From: Bacteroidales bacterium
GTDB lineage: Bacteria; Bacteroidota; Bacteroidia; Bacteroidales; WRLA01
Assembly: GCA_963662905.2 (NCBI GenBank)
Contig: CAXXFD010000004.1
Coordinates: 31,638 to 95,637, forward strand
Reading direction: 5' to 3'
DNA length: 64,000 nucleotides
Under the pieces are notes generated by a model that ran no database searches, had not been told where the DNA came from, and worked only from the letters and a program-made list of their open reading frames with translations. Positions 36,829 through 45,349 of this stretch are shown here, piece after piece (the first letter of the stretch is position 1; every line of letters begins with the position of its first letter). Position numbers and translations under genes: made by a program.

Positions 36829-39054
36829 TTAAGGGATATCAAACCGTACCCCTCCATAAAACATCCTGCCCATAACAGGACCCCACACCATACTGGCATC
36901 AAAATATTCCCCGAAGGGATCATCAGCAGCCAGTATCGGATAGTCCTGTGTATAATTGCTCAGGTTTTCTGCACCGAGATAAATGCTCCAGTTTGTAAAC
37001 CTGCGCGTTAACTGGGCATGAACAATCAGATATTCGGGTGATTTTTCCGGCATTTGATAAACGACAGGATTATCGCCGGTATAAGGAATCCGCGCATCGC
37101 CTTGCAATTGATTGGTCAGATCGATCTGCCATTTATCCTGTTTGGAGCGCCAGGAAAGCGACAGCAAGCCTTTGTAGCGGTTCACAAAGGGCACGCGCAT
37201 CTGTTCGCCATGATAATCGGCCTGCACATCCGAATAACGGAAAGCAAGTGTAAGGTCCAATCCCCGAAAGACTTCACCACTTAAACCTGCCTGCACATTG
37301 CCGGCAAAACTGCTTCCATCCAAATTACTGATTACCACGGTACGAGCTGATTGATCGACATCTGCAATTACCTGATTTTGAAAATCTGTGCGGTACAAAT
37401 CGAAGGTAAAAGTCAATTCGCGATCACTTGTCAGAGGGACATCCTGCGTGAGGTTTAAACCATAATTCCAGGCTTCTTCAATATTCGGCTTTTCAGCAAT
37501 AATAATGGTTCGGTTGCTGGCCAACAAAACTGCATTTTCCGGAAAAATTACGGCAGACCGCCATGATTTGCCCGCAGAAGCACGCAAAACAGTTTGCTCT
37601 GTAAGGCCATAACGCAGGTGCAAACGTGGACTTAACAGTGATTTTGAGTAATATGCACTATAATCGTAGCGCATGCCGGCAATTACAGAAAACTGCTCCA
37701 CGGGTTTAAAAGTGTATTCAGTATAAATACCCGGCACAGGCTCCTGACGGTTAAAAACACTATCATTATATTTTTGCTGATAATCATCAAACTGTATGCT
37801 GCCCCCAAATGAAAAATGGTGCTTTTCATTCGCTTTAAGCAGATAAACCAGGTTTCCGTAAAGGCTTCTTTGCTCTCCGCGATAGTTCCGCAGGCCAAAC
37901 TGAGATTCTTCACGCTGATAAATACCCGATAGCTGAACGCCAATACTCTGACTATGATCATGGCCCAGCATAATTCCGGCCTTGGCAATTGCCTGAAAGC
38001 GATCGCTTGTGGCATTCATTCCATAAAAGCCTGTTTTTGAAACATCATAATAAGCTTTTTGACCGCCTTCCCGCTCATCATGCAAATAGTTCAGCAAAAG
38101 CTGGAAATGGCCTTTATGGTGCACTTCATACTCCCAGCGGTTCAACACATTTAACTGCTTTTGCATGGGCATATCCAAAAATCCATCACCATTTTCATCG
38201 TGTTTGCTTTGGTTTCCCGATGCAGAAACCATAAGCATGGTTGCAAGCCTTTCAGTTAAGGGCCAGGCAGTTAAAACATTCAATTCCGCCCTGCCCTCAC
38301 TGTTTCCATACAAATTCAAATGCAGTTTATTGCTGTGTTGCGGTTTCTTCAATTCGACATTAATTTGCCCCGTAACAGACTCAAAACCATTGGTAACCGA
38401 TGAAGAGCCCTTACTCACCTGAATGGACTGCATCCAGGATCCCGGCACATAAGCCAAACCGTATTTACTTGCCAAAGCGCGGATAGTGGGAATATTCTCA
38501 AGCATAATCTGGCTGTATTTCCCATCCAGGCCCAGCATGCGGATTTGTTTTGCACCGGATACCGCATCGGCAAAGCCAACATCAACGGTTGCATTGTTTT
38601 CAAAACTCTCTGAAAGGTTACAACAGGCCAAACGCTGCAATCCATGTTCCGTGATATGTTCCGTTTGCAGGGGACTGATTTTCGAAACAAAACTGCCCGT
38701 ATTCCGGTCTTTGATTTCAACCCCTTGAGCCAGCTGGGCTTCCGGAATCAATTCAATTTCAATATCTTCAGCCACAGCATGCAGATGAAGGCTGTCTTTT
38801 CGGTAACCCAAAAAATGAAAAACCAGATAATGGTGATCATGCGAAGGTTCTATTTCAAAATATCCGTCTTCGTCGGCCATAACACCTATGGAGCTTCCCG
38901 ACCAATACACGTTGGCAAATGGCAGCGGCTTGCTGTGCCCATCGTTATCCATTCCTTTTACCTGCCCGGTGATTTTTCCATGATCGTGCTGCGCATTTAC
39001 AGCCGAGAGGATGAGCATCACCACACTCAGTGACAATATCTTTTTTAAAAACAT
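36829..39054 (-). CDS. TonB-dependent receptor with a His-rich CarboxypepD_reg-like N-domain
   Basis: 741 aa. Signal peptide, then AQHDHGKITGQVKG..DGHSKPLPFANV...DGYFEIEPSHDHHYLVFHFLGY, a plug and a barrel ending GGVRFDIP. Confidence 0.9.
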   Translation of the reverse strand: MFLKKILSLSVVMLILSAVNAQHDHGKITGQVKGMDNDGHSKPLPFANVYWSGSSIGVMADEDGYFEIEPSHDHHYLVFHFLGYRKDSLHLHAVAEDIEIELIPEAQLAQGVEIKDRNTGSFVSKISPLQTEHITEHGLQRLACCNLSESFENNATVDVGFADAVSGAKQIRMLGLDGKYSQIMLENIPTIRALASKYGLAYVPGSWMQSIQVSKGSSSVTNGFESVTGQINVELKKPQHSNKLHLNLYGNSEGRAELNVLTAWPLTERLATMLMVSASGNQSKHDENGDGFLDMPMQKQLNVLNRWEYEVHHKGHFQLLLNYLHDEREGGQKAYYDVSKTGFYGMNATSDRFQAIAKAGIMLGHDHSQSIGVQLSGIYQREESQFGLRNYRGEQRSLYGNLVYLLKANEKHHFSFGGSIQFDDYQQKYNDSVFNRQEPVPGIYTEYTFKPVEQFSVIAGMRYDYSAYYSKSLLSPRLHLRYGLTEQTVLRASAGKSWRSAVIFPENAVLLASNRTIIIAEKPNIEEAWNYGLNLTQDVPLTSDRELTFTFDLYRTDFQNQVIADVDQSARTVVISNLDGSSFAGNVQAGLSGEVFRGLDLTLAFRYSDVQADYHGEQMRVPFVNRYKGLLSLSWRSKQDKWQIDLTNQLQGDARIPYTGDNPVVYQMPEKSPEYLIVHAQLTRRFTNWSIYLGAENLSNYTQDYPILAADDPFGEYFDASMVWGPVMGRMFYGGVRFDIP

Positions 39055-39225
39055 AATTAGCTGAATTATAACTTAATACAAAATTCAAAAAACGGAGATT
39101 GAACTTTAGGAATTTGTCCCGGATTAGGTTCCATAAAATTTGAAAGGAAACTAAGGCAACATTTCAATTACCAAATACTTTATAGCCTTCCACGAAATTC
39201 CGTTTAGAACCAACCAATTATGTTT

Positions 39226-39657
39226 TCAGAGCAAAAACGAAGAAGTAAAGCAAGCAGATGAATAATACCCACCAGGAGGTGGATTGCTCAGATCTGTTGC
39301 TTTTTTCAGTAAAACAGACTGAGGCTTTTCAAGAATTTCACAAATAAAAACCAATATTTGGTCAGCAGGCGCCTGAAGACGTTTCACCTTCAGGTCATCC
39401 GCCGGAATATTGCTTTTAAAATAGCCATCAATATGGCTGCAACAGGCTGCCGGCCGCAAAACCAGCTGATTTGCACCAATGGATTTGGGTTCATGAATCA
39501 GGCAGTAGCTGTGCCCGGCATGGTGTAAATCATCAACATCAGAAAGATGAATCATCACCTGATCGCTACTGTGGCAATGATGCTGCACATAAGTGAATCC
39601 CGACGAACTCACAAAAACCAGCAGTGCCATAATTATATGTAGTGCCTTTTTCAGCAT
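39226..39657 (-). CDS. small His/Cys-rich membrane-anchored protein (motifs HYC, CC, PP)
   Basis: Start trimmed to MLKKALHIIMALLVFVSSSGF (signal/anchor). Contains HHCHSSD, HHAGHSYCLIHE, AACCSHIDGY and NPPPGGYY. Lies upstream of the TBDR on the same strand. Confidence 0.6.
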   Translation of the reverse strand: MLKKALHIIMALLVFVSSSGFTYVQHHCHSSDQVMIHLSDVDDLHHAGHSYCLIHEPKSIGANQLVLRPAACCSHIDGYFKSNIPADDLKVKRLQAPADQILVFICEILEKPQSVLLKKATDLSNPPPGGYYSSACFTSSFLL

Positions 39658-39750
39658 TGCTCTGCAAATATCGAAAAATACGGGCCGGATCAATACAAAC
39701 AAAAGGACTTTAACAGCTCAATAACACTTGGAGCAATATCCAAATTCCCC

Positions 39751-39758
39751 TACTTTTG
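39751..39758 (+). promoter_or_regulatory. -7 promoter box TACTTTTG
   Basis: TAnnTTTG match 16 nt upstream of the ATG at 39774. Confidence 0.55.
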
Positions 39759-39773
39759 CAAAAAAGGCAGCGT

Positions 39774-40907
39774 ATGAAATTTTCAGACATCCCCGGACAG
39801 GAAGCACTCAAGCAAAGGCTCAAAAACACGATAAAAGAGCAAAGGATAAGCCACGCACAGCTATTTATGGGACCGGAAGGGAATGGCAAACTGGCGCTGG
39901 CTATTGCCTATGCACAGTACATCAACTGCCCGAACCGCACAGAAGAAGATTCCTGTGGCGTCTGCCCATCCTGCCGTCAATTTGAGAAACTGGCACATCC
40001 CGACCTTCATTTTATTTTCCCGACTGTTAAAAAAAGCGGGAGCGACAAACGCAACGGAGCCAAGGATTATATGAAAGAATGGCGCGCATTTCTCCGGGAA
40101 AACCAAAGCATTATCTCACTGCCCGGCTGGTATGAAAAAATGCAGGTCGAAAACAAGCAAGGACTTATTTATACCGATGATGCCCAGGATGTTATACGCG
40201 CTTTAGGCTACAAAAGCTTTGAGTCTGAATACCGTATCGTAATTATTTGGATGATTGAAAAACTGCATCATGATGCGGCGCCAAAACTGCTCAAAATACT
40301 GGAAGAGCCGCCATCAAAAACCCTTTTCCTTTTGATAACGGAACAAGCGGAGCAGATTTTATCTACCATAAAATCGCGTACACAATTAGTCAAAATCCCT
40401 GCGCTTGACGAAACGGCCATGAAAGAATGGCTTGAAAAGCAAGGAGAAACTGACCCGGAACATATTCTGCACACCATTGCCATGACGGATGGCAATATAG
40501 CTGCCGCACGCAATTTTTTGGGCGATGAAGAAGAAGATTCCTATAATTTCATCACCTTCCGCGAATGGATGCGGCTCTGTTTTCAAACCGACATAAAAGG
40601 CATCAATGAGCTGGGGGCTTCCTTTTCGAAAATCGGGCGCGAACGGCAGAAAACCTTTTACGCCTATGCCTTAAAAATCGTGCGTTTTTCCATTCACCTG
40701 CACCTAAAAAACAATCAATTGATTAAATCAGGCAAAACAGAAAACGAATTTTTAAAAAAATTCAGCCCATTTTTCAATGGCAAAAACATCATGTATTTTG
40801 CCGAAGAATTTAACAAGGCCATACATGAAACCGAACGCAACGCCAATGCGCTCATCCTTTTCCTAGATATTTCATTAAAAGCCAGTCAATGGCTACGGAT
40901 GAAATAA
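39774..40907 (+). CDS. holB: DNA polymerase III subunit delta'
   Basis: GQEALKQRLKN, ISHAQLFMGPEGNGKLALAIAYAQYINC, the zinc module CGVCPSC, and SRTQ (KSRTQLVKIP). Confidence 0.85.
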   Translation: MKFSDIPGQEALKQRLKNTIKEQRISHAQLFMGPEGNGKLALAIAYAQYINCPNRTEEDSCGVCPSCRQFEKLAHPDLHFIFPTVKKSGSDKRNGAKDYMKEWRAFLRENQSIISLPGWYEKMQVENKQGLIYTDDAQDVIRALGYKSFESEYRIVIIWMIEKLHHDAAPKLLKILEEPPSKTLFLLITEQAEQILSTIKSRTQLVKIPALDETAMKEWLEKQGETDPEHILHTIAMTDGNIAAARNFLGDEEEDSYNFITFREWMRLCFQTDIKGINELGASFSKIGRERQKTFYAYALKIVRFSIHLHLKNNQLIKSGKTENEFLKKFSPFFNGKNIMYFAEEFNKAIHETERNANALILFLDISLKASQWLRMK

Positions 40908-40986
40908 ATTTTTGCAGCGCATTATTTTGTATTTTTGCGCTTTGGAAAAAAATTTATACTTTTCCAGCTTAATCTGACCCGAATAT

Positions 40987-42447
40987 ATGGACGATAACAC
41001 GACTCAAAATATACCCGAAGAAAAAAACGATCAGGAAAATATTATCAAAACATTCGGCACGCGCGGCATGTGCAAAACGCCCAGTGCCTATCACAGCAAC
41101 AACGACCTGTACAACCACAGGTGTTGCAAACTGGATGTTTATGACTGGCTGAAGGACATTCCGCTTCCGGAGCATCAGGAAGAATTTGACTGTGTGGAAG
41201 TACGTTTTAAAAACAGCAAAAAAGATTTTTTCCGCAATATTGATATTCCCCATCTCGAAGTTGGCGATATTGTTGCCGTTGAAGCTTCTCCGGGCCACGA
41301 TATTGGCATTGTAACCCTTACCGGGGAAACAGTCCGCCTTCAAATGAAGAAAATGGACAGATCGCCTGAGAGCGAGGAAATCAAGAAAATATACCGCCGT
41401 GCCCGGCTCAATGACATAGAAAAATGGGTGGTTTCCGTTGAATCGGAACATCCAACGATGATCAGGACCCGGAAAATTGCCAAGGAACTGAGGCTGGATA
41501 TGAAAATAAACGATGTGGAGTATCAGGGCGACCATACCAAAGCAATTTTCTATTATACCGCGGATGACCGAGTGGATTTCCGGGAGTTAATCAAAAGGCT
41601 GGCCGAAGAATTCCGAGTCCGTATTGAGATGCGCCAGATTGGTGTCCGACAGGAAGCCGGACGAGTTGGCGGTATCGGAAGCTGTGGCCGGGAGCTTTGC
41701 TGCTCCACATGGATGACAGGATTTCAATCTGTTACAACCAACACAGCCCGCACACAACAGCTCTCACTAAATCCGCAAAAGCTTGCAGGACAGTGCGGCA
41801 AGCTCAAATGCTGCCTGAATTTCGAACAAGAATGCTATGTAGATGCCTTAAAAGAATTTCCGCCCCACGAGCAGCCATTGTACACCAAAGCAGGCAGGGC
41901 TTTCCACCAGAAAACAGATATTTTCAAAAGGATCATGTGGTACTCTTATGAAAACGACCCCATGAACCAAATGGCGATTCCTTTGGATAAGGTTTTAAAG
42001 ATCATCGAGTTAAACAAGAAAAACCAAAAACCGGAAAAACTGGAAGACCTGGCCGTTATCAAAGAACAAAAAACGGAATTTGAAAATGTGATCGGGCAGG
42101 ACGACCTGACCCGTTTTGATGAGGACGACAGCGATAAAAAAAGCCGGCGCAGGAACAAAAAAGGCAACAACACTCCCAACGGAAACCAACATAGGGATAA
42201 CAGACAAAACCCACGTAACGACAGAAATGAAGCGCGTGAAGAACGGCGTCCCGACAACCGTCAGAGCAATCCAAGAAATTCGACCAGGCCGGGCGACAAC
42301 AGGGACAACAGAAACCGCCGCAATGGAGATTACCCAAACCGCAGGCCACAGAACCGCAGAAACCCAAACAACGGGCAACAAAATAATAACGGCAACAAAA
42401 ACAGACCTCAAAAAAATGAAGGCGATGACAATAAACAGTCATCCTAA
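40987..42447 (+). CDS. PSP1 domain protein (RicT/YaaT-like) with a ~130-aa Arg/Asn/Asp/Pro-rich low-complexity tail
   Basis: The PSP1 core is RVDFRELIKRLAEEFRVRIEMRQIGVRQEA...GSCGRELCCSTW. The tail is ..RRRNKKGNNTPNGNQHRDNRQNPRNDRNEAREERRPDNRQSNPRN.... Confidence 0.8.
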   Translation: MDDNTTQNIPEEKNDQENIIKTFGTRGMCKTPSAYHSNNDLYNHRCCKLDVYDWLKDIPLPEHQEEFDCVEVRFKNSKKDFFRNIDIPHLEVGDIVAVEASPGHDIGIVTLTGETVRLQMKKMDRSPESEEIKKIYRRARLNDIEKWVVSVESEHPTMIRTRKIAKELRLDMKINDVEYQGDHTKAIFYYTADDRVDFRELIKRLAEEFRVRIEMRQIGVRQEAGRVGGIGSCGRELCCSTWMTGFQSVTTNTARTQQLSLNPQKLAGQCGKLKCCLNFEQECYVDALKEFPPHEQPLYTKAGRAFHQKTDIFKRIMWYSYENDPMNQMAIPLDKVLKIIELNKKNQKPEKLEDLAVIKEQKTEFENVIGQDDLTRFDEDDSDKKSRRRNKKGNNTPNGNQHRDNRQNPRNDRNEAREERRPDNRQSNPRNSTRPGDNRDNRNRRNGDYPNRRPQNRRNPNNGQQNNNGNKNRPQKNEGDDNKQSS

Positions 42448-42504
42448 GCATTATATAATCAGTAAACAATCTCAGGCATAGCACATAAACTCAAGCGCAA
42501 CAGC

Positions 42505-43008
42505 ATGAAAAGAAAACCTGTAAATGCAATAACCAAAACCGTTTTGGTTCCTGTTCTTGCCTTTTTATTTGCTGTTATGATGGTTTCCTGCGATCACAAC
42601 AGGATTTATGAAGAGTTTAAGCCCATTGAAAACGCCCGGTGGGATTATCACGACAGCGTCTCCTTTCAGTTTGAAGTGGACGACAGCCTTAATTATCATA
42701 ATTTCCTGATCAACCTGAGACACAACAATGATTATCCCTACACAAATATCCACCTTTTTGTAACCAGCTATCTGCCCGACGGGCGATATGCCATGGACAC
42801 GCTAAGCTATGTTCTGGCACAGCCTGATGGAAAGTGGCTGGGTTCAGGAATTGGCAATATCAAAACCATTCAATTGCCGTTTCAGGATCATGTGATTTTT
42901 CCACGAAACGGAATCTATACCTTTTCGGTTACACACGGAATGCGCGATACACTTTTGAACGGAATATCAGAAGCAGGATTCAGGATTGAAAGAGCGGAAG
43001 TAAAATAA
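42505..43008 (+). CDS. gldH: gliding motility lipoprotein GldH
   Basis: 167 aa. Lipobox MVSC. ARWDYHDSVSFQF, RHNNDYPYTNIHLFV, QPDGKWLGSGIG, HGMRDTLLNGISEAGFRIE. Conserved neighbourhood of a PSP1 gene and a PBP1A gene. Confidence 0.8.
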   Translation: MKRKPVNAITKTVLVPVLAFLFAVMMVSCDHNRIYEEFKPIENARWDYHDSVSFQFEVDDSLNYHNFLINLRHNNDYPYTNIHLFVTSYLPDGRYAMDTLSYVLAQPDGKWLGSGIGNIKTIQLPFQDHVIFPRNGIYTFSVTHGMRDTLLNGISEAGFRIERAEVK

Positions 43009-43036
43009 TTGCCCGACGCAAAGAAACCAAAACCCT

Positions 43037-45343
43037 ATGGAACCATATAACGAGCAGCCGGAGAACGCCCCTACAGAAAAAAGTATTACTCCGGAAAAAA
43101 ACAGCAAAAAAAAAGCCCGGAGGCTGATTTGGATTTTCTGGATCAGTTTTTTGAGCATTTTAGTTGGCACGATATTATTTTTCACAGGAATTTCCCTGGA
43201 ATGGTTTGGTCCGATGCCCAGCTTTGCCGAACTGGAAAACCCGCGCAGTAATCTGGCTTCCGAGGTTTATTCTGCCGATGGCGTTTTGCTGGGGAAATAT
43301 TATATCGAAAACCGCTCAAATGTACATTATCAGGATTTAAGCCAACATTTGGTCCATGCCTTGCTGGCGACAGAAGACATCCGCTTTTATGAACATCCGG
43401 GTGTTGATCCACGTGCCACTTTCCGCGTAGCATACGGAGTTCTTACCGGAAACCATAAAGGAGGCGGCAGCACCATTACCCAGCAATTGGCCAAAAACCT
43501 TTTTCCCCGTGGCGAACGTCTGAGTACCAGTCAGCTGGTGATGCGTAAATTCAAGGAATGGGTTACGGCAATCAAGCTAGAGCGCAATTACAGCAAAAAC
43601 GAAATTCTGGCTATGTACCTGAATACCATTGATTTTGGAAGCCATTCCTTTGGCATCAAATCAGCTGCCAGTACCTTTTTCAACAAATCTCCCGACTCAC
43701 TGAATATTGAAGAAGCTGCACTTTTTGTGGCAATCCTCAATGCGCCCACGCGCTACAGCCCGGTTCGAAACCCGGAAAACGCCCTGAACCGCCGAAACCT
43801 GGTCATCCGGCAGATGGAAAAATATAATTTCATTGAAGATGGTGCCGCCGATTCATTGGTGCAACTTCCAATCGATATGTCGCATTACGGCATTCGCGAC
43901 CATAATACCGGAATTGCGCGCTATTTCAGGGAGCATCTGCGGCAGCAGCTCCACGCCTGGTGCAAAACCCATTACAAACCCGACGGCACAGCATATAATC
44001 TTTATCGCGATGGCCTGAAAATTTATACTACCATCGACTCGCGCATGCAGGAATATGCCGAATGGGCAGTGCGCGAACATCTGAGCAAAGACCTCCAACC
44101 AACTTTCTTTAAACACTGGAAAGGGTTCAGCAAGGCTCCTTTCGATAAAGAACTGAGCCGGGAGCAAATCAACAGTATCCTCGAAAATGCCATGAAACGC
44201 TCCGAACGCTATCGCGTGCTCCATAATGCCGGTTACGACAATAAAGAAATTAAAGAGATTTTCAATACGGAAACGGAAATGAAGGTCTTCAGCTGGAACG
44301 GGCCGATAGACACGGTGATGAGCCCGATGGATTCGATTAAATACTATCAGTTTTTCCTGCGTGCCGGACTGATGTCGATGGAACCGCACAGCGGATATGT
44401 ACGTGCTTATGTGGGCGGACCCGATTACACATATTTTAAATACGATCAGGTAACATCAGGCCGCAGGCAGGTAGGCAGTACCTTTAAACCATTTGTTTAT
44501 ACACTGGCCATGCAGGAAGGAGGCATGACACCCTGCACGGAAGTCCCGAATATCCAGGTGAGTGTAGAGCTGCCGGACGGTACTTTCTGGAAACCGAAAA
44601 GTTCCGGTAAACGTGCCGGCGAGATGGTCACACTAAAATGGGCTCTTGCCAACAGTATCAACTGGGTTTCGGCCTATCTGATCAAACGCTATTCGCCACA
44701 AGCAGTGATTAAAATTGCCCGGAAAATGGGTGTGACCAGCCCCATACCCGAAGTCCCGGCCATTAGTTTGGGCTCACCCGATATCAGCCTCTTTGAAATG
44801 GTGGGCGCCTTCAATACTTTTGGCAATAAAGGCGTATTTGTCGAGCCTGTTTTTATGACGAAAATCACGGATAAAAACGGCAATATCATTGATCGTTTTA
44901 CACCAAAACGCGAAGAAGCCATCGATGAAATTACCGCTTATAAAATGCTCCGCCTAATGGAAGGGGTTGTGGAATCGGGAACAGGAATCCGTTTGCGTTT
45001 CAAATACAATTTGTATAATCAGATTGCCGGAAAAACCGGTACGACCAACAACCATTCCGACGGCTGGTTTATGGGCATTACGCCAAAACTCACCACCGGC
45101 GTTTGGGTAGGCGGTGAAGTGCGCAGCATCCACTTCCGTTATATCAGCCTGGGGCAAGGTGCCAATATGGCGCTTCCTATTTGGGCTCTTTATATGCAAA
45201 AACTCTATGCCGATCCGGAAATAAAACTCAGCCGGGAAGATTTCCTCCCTCCTGCCCGACAGATGGACATCAATTTTGATTGCAATGAATCGGATGATGA
45301 AGGATTTTTTGAAGAGGAGGAAGAATACGAAGAAGAGTTTTAG
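43037..45343 (+). CDS. mrcA: penicillin-binding protein 1A (bifunctional glycosyltransferase/transpeptidase)
   Basis: GT51 motifs EDIRFYEHPGVD, GGSTITQQLAKN and RKFKE. Transpeptidase motifs STFKP, SINW (SxN) and KTGTT. Confidence 0.92.
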   Translation: MEPYNEQPENAPTEKSITPEKNSKKKARRLIWIFWISFLSILVGTILFFTGISLEWFGPMPSFAELENPRSNLASEVYSADGVLLGKYYIENRSNVHYQDLSQHLVHALLATEDIRFYEHPGVDPRATFRVAYGVLTGNHKGGGSTITQQLAKNLFPRGERLSTSQLVMRKFKEWVTAIKLERNYSKNEILAMYLNTIDFGSHSFGIKSAASTFFNKSPDSLNIEEAALFVAILNAPTRYSPVRNPENALNRRNLVIRQMEKYNFIEDGAADSLVQLPIDMSHYGIRDHNTGIARYFREHLRQQLHAWCKTHYKPDGTAYNLYRDGLKIYTTIDSRMQEYAEWAVREHLSKDLQPTFFKHWKGFSKAPFDKELSREQINSILENAMKRSERYRVLHNAGYDNKEIKEIFNTETEMKVFSWNGPIDTVMSPMDSIKYYQFFLRAGLMSMEPHSGYVRAYVGGPDYTYFKYDQVTSGRRQVGSTFKPFVYTLAMQEGGMTPCTEVPNIQVSVELPDGTFWKPKSSGKRAGEMVTLKWALANSINWVSAYLIKRYSPQAVIKIARKMGVTSPIPEVPAISLGSPDISLFEMVGAFNTFGNKGVFVEPVFMTKITDKNGNIIDRFTPKREEAIDEITAYKMLRLMEGVVESGTGIRLRFKYNLYNQIAGKTGTTNNHSDGWFMGITPKLTTGVWVGGEVRSIHFRYISLGQGANMALPIWALYMQKLYADPEIKLSREDFLPPARQMDINFDCNESDDEGFFEEEEEYEEEF

Positions 45344-45349
45344 CCGGCT

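Noticed and set aside
41946-42484. Cluster of overlapping ORFs in five frames, which could suggest overlapping or alternative genes
   Set aside because: It is explained by T depletion of the plus strand in the low-complexity PSP1 tail, which removes stop codons on both strands. Only the PSP1 frame is continuous with a conserved domain.
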